Source: Amoebophrya sp. A120 (lineage: Eukaryota; Protista; Dinoflagellata). Taken from it: a stretch of 64,000 nucleotides of DNA. The translations under genes and the position numbers were made by a program. Shown here piece after piece: positions 38,419-50,100 of this stretch. The DNA lies in NCBI GenBank assembly GCA_905178155.1, contig CAJINV010000003.1, forward strand, positions 11,334,733 through 11,398,732. Direction: 5' to 3'. A model generated the notes under the pieces. It saw only the letters and a program-made list of their open reading frames with translations, did not search any database and was not told the origin of the DNA. Position 1 is the first letter of the stretch, and each line of letters opens with the position of its first letter.

Positions 38419-38730
38419 GGAAAAGAAAGGAAAAGAAAGGAAAAGAAAGGGAAAAAAAAGGGAAAAAAAAGGGAAAAGAAAGGGAAAAGAAAGGGAAAAG
38501 AAAGGGAAAAGAAAGGGAAAAGAAAGGGAAAAGAAAGGGAAAAGAAAGGGAAAAGAAAGGGAAAAGAAAGGGAAAAGAAAGGGAAAAGAAAGGGAAAAGA
38601 AAGGGAAAAGAAAGGGAAAAGAAAGGGAAAAGAAAGGGGAAAGAAAGGGAAAAGAAAGGGAAAAGAAAAGGAGAGGAAAAGAAGAGGAAAAGAAAGGGAA
38701 AGAAAGGAAAAGAAAGGAAAAGAAAGGAAA
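38419..38730. repeat. Pure-purine minisatellite (GAAAAGAAAGG)n
   Basis: About 310 bp of only A and G, 11-bp period. Confidence 0.97.
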
Positions 38731-41700
38731 CCAGTTAGGAAAAGGCAGAGCCTCGGCAGAACTCCTCTCTGCGCTGGCCACTACTAGTAGCGCCGCGACA
38801 TGCTTGTGAGAAAGAAACATCGAACACAACCCCCGGGCGTTGCCGTCGGAAGCGCCGGCGCAGATGCACCAGATCGCATGGTCGCCCGTCCCCCTCTCTT
38901 GCCTCTGTAGCGAATTGCTGGCGAGATCTATCCAAGGCTCTTAACGAAGCTTCGCGGGCCAGTTGCTTTCAACTAGCGCCAGCATGGTCGTGGTGGTCGC
39001 AAAATAAATTTAAACCCGCCGCGCTAGCGCTATGATGATGATGCTGATGGTCGATGAAGTGATGGCGCTGAACAGCATATAGTATAATTAGAGACCTGAA
39101 CAACATAAGAGACCTAAAAAACACACCGACTGCAAATGTGTCTGGGTCTGGATCAGTGCGGATCGATGTTTGTCATGCATCTTCTCGATCACGACACAAA
39201 TGGTCTCCTATCCCTATGCACGCAAAAGCATTGCAGGTCTGATGCTGTTGCTGGCCTCCTGTTGCCTAGCACGCATGAGAAAGCCCCTGCTTCCGTAGCA
39301 AGAGCTGGAGAGTTTATTTTGTTTTTGGTTCCCACGCAATACAAATTTTTGCCAATTCCACGCACGCACAACGTCAGAGGCCCCGCCTGTCAGGCCTTCG
39401 CACGTCCGCGACGCCACTGACTGGCTCGCTACCAGCCTTGACCTAGTTAGGTGGCCCATTTTCACAATCTAAGCGCCCAGCCTTGGTTTTTCCGTGTTTT
39501 TCGGCTATGTCGGCGCCGCCCACATTGATAGATAGATGACGACGCTGGCGAGGACCAGCGTGCCCTTTGGCAGACTGCTGCGCGCTTCCTACTCCCTCCT
39601 CCAGCAGGGGAAGACCACTTGGCGCCCCAATTGATGAAAAACCCATCCAAAAAAATTGAACATACAGGCGCCAACTTTCTAACGCCTGCGGCGACTTCTC
39701 CCTTATCTTGCTCCAAGTAAATAAGCCGCAAAGACGAGGAGAGGCGCGCGCGCTTTTCTTCTTTCGGTCTTTGACGAGGTGTCTGGGCAGCAGCACCCTC
39801 GTGCTGCGATCGTGCTGCACAGGCAGCGCGTTGCGCTGGTCATGATGGTGTCTACAAGGGCCGAGCCGGCGGGGGCAGTGGGGTCGCGGCGGTTCTTTTG
39901 ACTGCCCGGCTCCGTCTTCCCCAATGCATCCCCATGAGAAAAATGCGCCCGGTTTTTTGTCCTGGGCATTCCGTGGTCGCGGATAATGCTACTCCGCACA
40001 GTGGAGCCGATGCTAGAAATCACAACCGCGACAGGCTACCGCCTTCCTGTCTTCGGAGCTCGAAGGCCTTCGCCAAATGCCATGGCCCGCACCACGGCCG
40101 CCCGGCTCCTTGGGCGCCCCAAATCGGGCCCGTAGCATGGGGAGCACCCCTCCGCTTTTGGGGCACTTTGCGGGTGTGCTTTTTTTCTTTTGCTACAGGG
40201 CCGCGCCACCTTTTGGCCTGCTCCCCGCATTGCAAATGCCCGGCATTGGTGGCCGGCTTTGCACTCTTCAAATGCGGGCCAAATGAGCCCCATACCGCGC
40301 GGCGTCGCGCTTTCTTTTCCCGCCGCTAATTTTTTTGCGCCCCTTTTTGGGCACCTCCGATCGGCGGAAACCGATGCACCGGGCGCCTCGTGTCGGCTCC
40401 TCTACGGCGTTTTCAAGATCGGCCAGCGGTAACTTCCGCCGGCGATTCGGTACCACCACACCCGGAACCGAATGAAAAATATGAAAGCTTTTCATGTGCC
40501 AAACCTCTTCGGCCGATTGACCGCTGCCGGTAGTTTTTCACAGTAGGTGTTAAAAAAGTTCCCGGATTAGAACCGCTCGGTGACCTCACTACATATGACA
40601 AATTCCAAAAACCACTGGAAAACGCACCGCAGAGAGGGTTGCGCATCATCATCATCTTCATCATCATCGTCATCTCATGGGGCTGCGCATAAGAAACATC
40701 TTATCCGGGGCAGGCACATCTGAGTGACAAATCTAATCTGCGGCACTGTATGTACTAGAAAACGACTAAAATAAATCGCAGTGAAACTGCTGGTGGGGAT
40801 CGGGACCTTTTTACACAGTATAACTTCCGCAGCCGACGTCGGCTCGCTTCCGTCAAAAGATGCACGCTCCACATCTGTTTCGTTGCCCGCAAAAAAGGAA
40901 CCACTATGAAATATGAATATGGGTCCGGGGTCTGGAATATTGTAGCTGTTTTGGTTTAGTTGGTCGCTGAGTACTAGCCGCAGTTCTGGTGCTATTTGTC
41001 ACGCGTCTTTTGAATCATGACATACTAATTGTTTTTCTGGAATGCAATGCAGCACGCAGGAAGGACTCTTTTGCAAGCCTTCCACCAATCAGGCCTCCGT
41101 AGAGATGCCTGCCACGCATGAAAAATTTGCCATTTGCGTAGCAAGAGATGGAAACACAGCTACTTACTGTTATGGCATAAGCACTAAAGTAAGTAGCTGG
41201 GTTCTCTTAAAGCAAGTAAGGAAAGATTCTTCCAATGTAGTACTCGTCTCTTGTTGCATATGCAATAATGCAACAGAGAATCTCTATGTGATCATAATCC
41301 AGAGTCTGTAACACAAGTTTGCATCCTTGTTCCCGACCAGGACATATTTGCAGTGGGTAGGCATCTTCTCCAATTCGTGTGGAATCCTGTTGGGTGACTT
41401 ATGCACTGCAAATAGGAATGTCATCTGGGACTGGATTTCTTACTTATCGCGACACCAGATTTGAAGAACAGCTGGAAGATCTGTGATGCATGAAAACAAG
41501 AGAGTGCCAACTTCTGTGTCATGCTTGTCGATACAAATACGTTTGCAAGAAGCAGAGGAAAAGTGCGTGTCAGTCTGGGTCTTTCTGACAGAATGCAAGG
41601 TTTGTCAGGCTCAGCTAGCATGATCCTCATCGATCTGTCACACACGTTAGCCAAAACAAGCGCCACTTCTCCATGTGGCAGAGAAAATGAATGAAAGCCA

Positions 41701-43384
41701 CAAGACGCATCTCGTCAGCCCGATCGCTCTGATTTCGGTGGGAATGTAGATGGTCCGTCAGTCGATAAAGCGCCCAACAAAAGCACTTCGGCAAAGGCAA
41801 AGGCAGACAACACCTAGCAAATCAGAAACCAGCCGACACGCTTCGCCGGAAATCGAATCGCCGTGATTCTCTGCCAAGCATCACAAGTTTCTGTTTCATC
41901 CAGACAGAGACATATTTACAGTTCTATGTTGGATACTTCATGAGCCGCGGCAGTGTCAGAGAATTCCTCCTGGTCCTCCCCCGGACGAAGCTGGTCGATG
42001 AATCATACGGAAAAAGTGTTTCAGTGCATGCAGCAACGATGAAGATATTGATATTGCAAGATCTGCGTCAAAACAAGAAGACGCTGGTGCTCTACACGAC
42101 AAAGAAAATTTGCCATGCGTGCTAGTGTTTCCTCAAGCACTAGTAGAGCACGCCTGAGGTATATTCACTGTCTTGCAAGTTTAGTGGGCCAGAGACTTGT
42201 GTGCTGCGTCCCATGGTGCATCTTCTTCACAGGTTGATTATACAGTGAAACAGTTCTTCTTCTTCTCTTTCCCATACGACGCCATCTCTTTGCAGAAGCC
42301 CCGATACGTGCATGTGGTTGCGCCATACGAACAGCGCACAGGTCCCTCGGACGAGGGCGGCGGTACCGCCATGCGGTCTTCGTCTTCTCGAGCGGGACGA
42401 GGTCATGATTTTTTTTTGTTTTAAGTATCTGACGATTTCAATCTTCTCGAAGCTCAGTCTCGCGTTGAGCCTAAGATCGATCCTGTTCTTTTTCGGCCCT
42501 GTAGTCTCATCAGGTTCTGGATTGGATTCTGTGGTTTCTAATTCTCTTCAACCTCTTCTGTGGCGTGGCGTGAGTGGTGGCGTTCCAGCGCTTTGAGAGT
42601 GCGGCTGGACGAGCTTTCATGAGCTCTACCTTGACCACGCTTACTGCACGAGTAGACGTTACTTCTGTTCGTTTCCGCATGCTGAGAAAAGGTCAGAATC
42701 AACGGAAGCTACTCTCAGTTCTACGGGAGCCGCTAGCGTTGCGCAAAGGACATCCTTCTTCAATAGGGTGGATCCGCTCTGAGCTAGAACCTCTCCTCAC
42801 ACACTACGTAAGTAACGACTCCACAAACGCAACAGCCAGCTTCTCAGCGCCGCGCACCGTCCTGATTTGTTTCTTCGCCCAGCGCCAGCATTGGGGGCGG
42901 TTCGCCTTTGCCAATGCCTTCGGCTGCGAGGGCCGCACGGCTAACGGCTCCCAAGTACATCATGGCCGACCGTGACTGACGCTTCCTAAGCAGCATACCG
43001 GAAAAGCGCGCCCAATGTAAGGCACTTGCGCGCCTCGCCCTCTGCTAAAAATTGCGCGACCAGCTACAACAACGAGGCGGCCACCTACTGCGATCGCGAG
43101 CTGCCGCGTAATTTTACCCGCATCATTTTTGACGAGGATTTTTCCCGGGAGGATTCTAAAACTCCCTCAGGAGCCCTCTGATCCAAATTGGTCCGCTCGC
43201 GTTGGCCGTTCCCCGTGGGCACGGACGCCGCCCATCTCGGCGGGGGATTCTACTTGAGTGAGGGGATTCCAAAATTATCTCAGGGATCCCATTGCCCCAC
43301 TTGGGCTGTTTGGGGCGGCCACTCTCCCTGGCCGTGGCCGCGCGGTCGCTTGGGGGCAGAAGATTCCTAAGAGGATTGCGGACG

Positions 43385-43530
43385 ATGGGTCCACCGGGGG
43401 AAGAGGCGGATCCTCCCGGCCAAGGCGGATCACCGGGGGACGGGGCGGATCCCCATTGGCAAGGCGGATCCCCCGGGGACAGGGCGGAGTCCCCGGCAAG
43501 AGCGAGGACCCCCGAAAACCTTTCGGATCC
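43385..43530. repeat. Second, shorter GGCGGATCC minisatellite
   Basis: About 6 units with the same core as 30130-30650. Confidence 0.85.
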
Positions 43531-44193
43531 GAACAGCGACAGTGTGCTATTCTTCTATATTCTTTGTTGCTTCGTTCGGGTATCACTGCGCCAGGATATC
43601 GTATAAAAACACAGCAAGCAAACATCAGGTAAACGCAGAAATATAGCGGACTTGAGGAGAACTCCTCACGCAAGGGCGCGCGTGTCTCACTGGGCTCGCT
43701 GTCAGCAGTTAGCCCTGTCAATCCAATCATGCAAGCAGGCGGCGCGAGTCTCCTGGCGCGTTGCGTCCTGTAGTCAGTTTCTTTGTTTCATCACACGCGG
43801 ACAATCAATGCCCAACATATTTCCTTCATGAGTTTCAACGATTTATTGGGTCCGCATGGTGTGGCATGGCCTCGTGAGATTTCTCAGATGATGATGAATC
43901 ACGAAGGAGATAGCAGCATTAGAAAAATTTCAACCGGGGGGCGCTGGATTGAAATCCTATCCAGTTCGGGGCTATTGCCAGCTAATTCCGCCGCCGCCAT
44001 GCTGCTACATGTCGGGAATCGAGACAATTTAGAAAGTGGTATCGCGGGGGGAAAGAGTTAAGCGCGAGAACAACCAGAACGCGTCTACTTGATCAGCTAC
44101 TTAGGTTCTTCATCGTCTTCCGCTTTTTCATGGCGGAACTACCGGTATCATTATATATAAGTATTTATAAAAGTGGTACTGTAAAAACGTGGC

Positions 44194-47100
44194 TCAATCC
44201 ATCAAAATTCCCAGCCTGAGATGAGTCAGGAACTCAGAAGTACATACGAGCAGGAACAGATTGGTCCCGAAGATAATAATATACTCGATCACGCTAAACA
44301 AATCCCGTTGCCAGCTCCTTTCGAAAGCCATCTGCCCTGACCGGCGCGCCAGTACAGCAAAGGCAACAACACTGAAGACACACACGACACTGCCTATGCA
44401 TCTGCCCACTTGACCCAGAGTTGGGCTTTATCACACAGAAAAACGCTAGCGTAATGATAGTGCGAGTGCCAAAATTCAAATTGTGAATATGTATGCCCAA
44501 CATAACCAAGAAAAAAATCCCAAGCGCCCTTTTTTATTACTTATTTGCATATAATTATATGCTAGCCTATTTCTGTGGAATAGGCTTGCCTTCGTATTTA
44601 CGTGCGCGGTCAAGGTGTTATACAGGACGACAGGTGCTCCGGCCCCCGGGATACTACGCTCCTCCTGATTCTTGTTTCGAAGATGATCTATTAACCATAG
44701 CCGCTGAGGCGCAGGTAGCGAGGTCGGGCGCGTTTTTTTGACTGGGCAACAGCCAGGTCCTTTATTTTCTTTGTACCTGGAAGGGCTAGCAAGGTGGCCT
44801 CGAGCATCACAATACTCTGCATGGCGAGGCGCAACACAAAAGTCGCGACTTGACTCTTGGGCGCCCGGCACCACGCGGCTTGACTCTCAGTTTGTGGTGG
44901 AAGGCGGAAGGCGGGAAGCTGGTGGCATTCAAAGTGAGCAGAAAGCTATCGCCACACTCCGCGGCCACACCCGGGCCTCCACCAGGGCCGCGGCCCCTAC
45001 GCAGGCATCAACAATCAGGCCATTAGCATGCGGCTTAGCTTTCAGTTTTTGGCGGCATATATATTACGTTTTGCACAAAGGCGCACCTTTTGGCAATCAA
45101 AGCCATGCCTCCAGCATAATTACAAGCGGCCGACTTTTCTGGTCGGTTTTTGTGCCTTCAAATGTGTGCCAAAACAAGACCCGCACTGTGCGAATCCGCT
45201 GGTTTTTTCCCGCTATTATGTCCTTGGCGCCGCTTTTTGGGCGCCCAAAATCGGCCGAACCGCAGGCAGCGGGCGCCTCACAATGGTGCCACGTCGTTTT
45301 TCCTAGCGGTAATCGAGAGAGTTCGCGCCGGCGTGTTTGATGGCAAAGCTCCGGCGACCTTGGAGGAAGCGGGGCTTTTCAATGTGCAAAAACACATCCG
45401 GCCGCTTCTGCTTCACAACTGCCGACTGTGTTGCACAAGACCACTTTTCAAAAAAACCGCTTCTAGATTGAAACGCTCGTGACCTCACTACATACTTCTA
45501 TTGTCGTCTCTGTCTTCAAGCCTTGCGTCATCTCGTTCCCAAGCAAGGACCTGGAGCGGTTCTGCAACGGTGTCAAGAACCATGCAGCTCCTGCTGACGC
45601 GACAGATGCAGAAGAAACATCATCTGAACGGGCTGCCTTGTCGCGCTTGTCGTGTGCTACGTGGTTTCGATCTTCCTCTTCCTCAGGGCCAGGGCTTTTT
45701 GAGCGGCCAGCTGCATTGTAATTAATTGGCAGAGGGGGCAATGTTCGGCGCACAAGGCCTCCGGCTGCCTCAGTAGCTGAGACCTTGTCCTGTTCTGGTT
45801 GCTGGAACAGGTCACGCACGGTCTTCCGCCCCCGGCTCTCATCCCGGGCTAAGGTCGGACGCAAACACCACTCTGACAAGCGAACGATTTCCCGCTCCGG
45901 GCTCTGCAGAATGCGGCGGCGAAGGTTTCCTGAGTAAAGACGTCTGCTCCGCCACATAAATATAATCATTCTTCACGCTAAACAAAATGCGGCACTCTTT
46001 GCGCCTCTATTTGCAGGGCACAGATGGCTCTGGCTGTCCCATACCCTACAGATGTGATGCAAATCTGTATGCCCGAAGGGTGTTTCATGTGCAGCTCCAT
46101 GATAAACAGTATTTTCTACAACTATAATATCTACAATTTTCGTCCTCTCCCACCAGAGTCACACAATCGGTTTATAATGACGCGACGACATCACTACCCA
46201 CGCAACCACGACTACACCAGAGACCCAAAGCTGCCAGCGCAAGAGCCAAAACTACATCTTGGCTTCTGGAACGAATACAAATTTTCATAATCTACTGGAC
46301 TACATTAATCCATAAGGTGGAGCTTTTGGGGCCGTAGAAGCTCTTACTCAGGATAGAAGGCGCCAAATCCGGGTCTTAGGGCCGAGAAGGTAGATCTGGT
46401 AGAACATGGTGCACAGCACGACGAATGCCACACCGAGGAGCAACGCGGTAGCGCAGGTGAGGTTGTGCACCAGCAGAAAGCCGGACAAGGAGCACCCTGT
46501 CGGGCAAAAAAAATATTCTAAGTAAAAACGCCGCCCGCGCCCCATAGTCAAGGTGGGATCTTTTTTTTTCTTTTTTGCCTGCGGGAGGGGATTCAGTTTC
46601 ATTTTCATGGAGCGGCCCCGTGCTGGAACACTTCTGGTGGTGGACGTGAGCACGAGATTTGCGGCTTCGCGCCGCGACAACCAAATGGGGGTCCCTTCCC
46701 CCCCCCTCCGTTTTCGAAAATCCCGTTTGTGCGTGCATACTGCAAAAGGTCGACATCGGTGGTCGACAAGAGATCGAGATCAAGCTCGAATCGGAGGCAC
46801 CGGCCACAAAAGGAGATAGTGCGAAAATCTTCGGCGAGGATCGGAAGACCGCGATTCGCTTTCAGATTCAGACTCAGACGCGCTTTCCGCTCGTGATTCG
46901 GCGGGGGTTACGCCGGGCACAGCAGGTCGACACTGCCAGGAAACTCGATGTGCGCGCCGCATTGGTCCATACAAATCAAAACCCTAAACCCTTCGGAAAC
47001 ATAAATCCGCGCATGCATACAGGGGGGTCACCCCTGAACCCTTTTTCGAACTCGGACCGGACACACGCATGGAAAATCCCCACGATATAGTTAACGTCTA

Positions 47101-50100
47101 TAGCCGTAAGCCGCGGCGGACGTTGCTATGCTGTGGGACGAATAGCAAGGGGGTTTGATATGGGTCGAGACTAAGCGCGATGTGCAGAAAGCCGCTGCAC
47201 CTGACGGTAGTAAAGATAGGGAGGAGCCACTGTCTATGGAGATAGTTGCGCCTAGTGCGCGCTAATCGGGATCTGTGTAAACGCGGATACTGGGAACGCC
47301 CTATGCAAACAGGTTTTGCAAGCCCGCGTTTGAAAAACCCAGCGGGAAACACGACCGAAGCCAGAGATGCGTGGTGCGGAGAACATACAAAAACGAACCA
47401 CGCGGGGTGCCCCCGCGACGAACTTTTTTCGCGCGCTACTGTCCCCCGAAGTAAAGGGTTTTCTGATCTCAGATACTAGCCATAGGGTGCGATCAGACCA
47501 GACGCCAATAATAGAAACCGCGCATCCTTCTAACGACGAACCTTTATGGAAAACCCGTAAGCCGCGGGCAATAAAACTACTTTTTTCAAAGTTACACCGG
47601 ATGCATGTGCAGCTTCAGCCGATGGTGAACGGCTGATCGCGATAAAAATTTGCAATCTACAAAAAATTATTTCTAAGTGGTCTCCTTTGGGGCGGGGGCC
47701 GTCGAACCCACGATGATGGGGGGGGCGGGGACCGTTGAACCCAGATAGCTTTCTTCCCCAAGACAAAACCCGCTGGCAAGGCGGGAAAAAAAAACAGCAG
47801 CCCCTGCAAGGACGCGGGTTACGCGGGCTAGCGCTACGAAGGCGAGTCAGGTAAAACAACAACACTACGCAAAAGAAGAAATAAAAGGGCAGAGACCTAA
47901 ATCTACATGGGAAGATGGGGGCAGATGGGAAGATCGGATTTTTTTTCAAAGCAGAAGGAGCGTACGAATTTACGATCAAGCTCCTGAAGGCAACGAACGA
48001 AGGGCGACACACGAGCACGAACCGACGCTGCGCAGTAAGCCGCTGCGCATATAAATTTTTGTCATCATTTTTTAAAAAATTCATCACTAAGCTAGGAGGC
48101 TTGTGCTTCAGTTTCAGTTTCTGTTGACGCATATAAATTCATCACTAAAACTAGATTCATCTCTAAGCTAGGAGGCCGGTGGACGTTGCCTAACATGTAA
48201 CCGGTGTGTCGCTTTCTTTCTTTCTTTCTTTCTTTCTTTCTGGAATTGTGTGACGGTGAGAACCCGCATGCAAAAAAAATTTGGAGAAAAGGAAAAGGGG
48301 CCTCGGCCCTAGCACGCAAAGAGGTTGGCGCCCTGCCTCGAGTATGTCTTCCTTCCTCCCTGCGGAGGCCCAGACTGGTACTATTCTTGCCGCTAGAATG
48401 TTACCAGAAATTATCGCACCTGGAAGTGTTCATACAAATTACTCTGCGAGGTGGGATCTCTGCGACAAAAAGCCGGAAGAATCGGAAGTCAGGCATGACC
48501 ACAAGTTTCTCGCTGTACTGTAGTGCAGGGTAGCAAGGATAGCCGCCTCACAAAGCCGTCCGCTTATCCTGTTTGCAGCGTTACAAATGTCAAAACACGC
48601 CCGGAAACGCCACCCTTGGCGATGCGCATTTTTGCAAGCAATTGCGTAAGCGTAATATGCAAATCTGTATGACAACTCGTCTGGGCTGGGGACGATTTTA
48701 CACAGCATAAAAAAAGTCCCGCGGCCATCCAGAATCGGGCGCCGTAAAGGTGCGCCTTAAAGCGGTGCCGTATCCTGTAGAAAAACGACCTCTCCACCCC
48801 AAACTTCTTGTCATGCAAATTTATTTTCATGCCGCTACGAAATGCTTCTCATGCGCAGCGCCATGAAGCGCATTTTCTAATTCTACTATCTGCTGGGAGG
48901 TGTTTGTCATGCGAGAATCAAGACCAGCGTATCGCTTTTTTATGCGGCTGCACCAGCCAAACAGGATTACAGTAGGAGCCCAAACCTGTCTGGCGAAACA
49001 GCCAAAACTTGCTGGCTTCTGCAGCAAAGTCTCCATCTTGACTCTGGGATGGGGACGCTTTCAATCAGGATATACCGAGACCAACGGTTATCATCCTTGT
49101 TTTCCCGGAATAGTTCTGTGTCCGGGCATAAAAGTGTGGCGCGGCGAGATCTTTGCTGCTCGTGCCCGAGGTATTGCACGGGGTAGCGGAAAAAACTGGC
49201 GAGAGATCGTCCCTGAAGAGGTTCTATATGCGCCATGCTCGCAGTAGTAGAATCGCAATGATAACCAGGGTGATCATTTTTCTTTGTATCTTCTGATGGA
49301 ACACCAGGCCCGAGGGCACCCTCCTCGATCTTCGCCTCACTCTCGTGCGTGGGGCTGGAACACGTGGTCAGCAAGGGGCGTCCTGCAGCCGTAGTCTATC
49401 GCGAGGAAAAGAATCCCCTCCCCATATTGAACCGGCTCCATGTTTCTGAAGATTTCCGGCGCTGATTTGTGGCCACTAGTCGCATTCGTCTTGCAAGTAG
49501 GCAAATCCAGAAAGCCCCCCGCATTATGCAGTCGGTTTATGTTGGTGCTGTTACAACTACAGGGCAGACGTCCGCCACGCTAAGCAGGGCATCGCCTTCC
49601 CTCCTGTCCAGGCTTTCCATGTGCCTGCAGTCCAGTCCTCTACATCAACGGGACAGAGCTGATTCGTGTACACAAAGCCCGCATCTCAGACTTCCGCTTT
49701 CTTTGATACGGAGGGGGATTTTTCATTTTGATATCGTCGCTGTCCTTCTCTTCGCTTGGTCGTGATGTCCATGGCCGTCCTCGTGTCGGCTTTCATCTTT
49801 TTGTGCAGCAATTAAGTCTACTTCGCCAAGTAGACCAGGACAGCTGGGTGATGAGGTCAGTACCTCGCTGCCTTCGTTCGTTTGATACTGATCATGCTCA
49901 ACCGCCTTCATCTCCTCGTCGGTCTGGTAGTGGTGCGTCTTTATTTTTTCTGGTTGTGCTTCATGATGGATTAGGATTCCCGCCCCCTGGCCTTCGTCGT
50001 GCTGAGGACAGTTGTTGGCGGCGTCCTCGTTGTCACCAGCCAGCCCCTGCAAGCTGCCGAGTGGCATCAGCTCGAAGACAAACAGCACCATAATCAAGCT

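Noticed and set aside
38251-38829. Phe-rich and Lys-rich ORFs
   Set aside because: Translation artefacts of the (GAAAAGAAAGG)n repeat.
41360-42700. Coding exons or stop-codon reassignment
   Set aside because: Protein-like fragments exist between introner-like ends, but no consistent splice path was found. Multi-kb stop-free ORFs elsewhere indicate the standard code.
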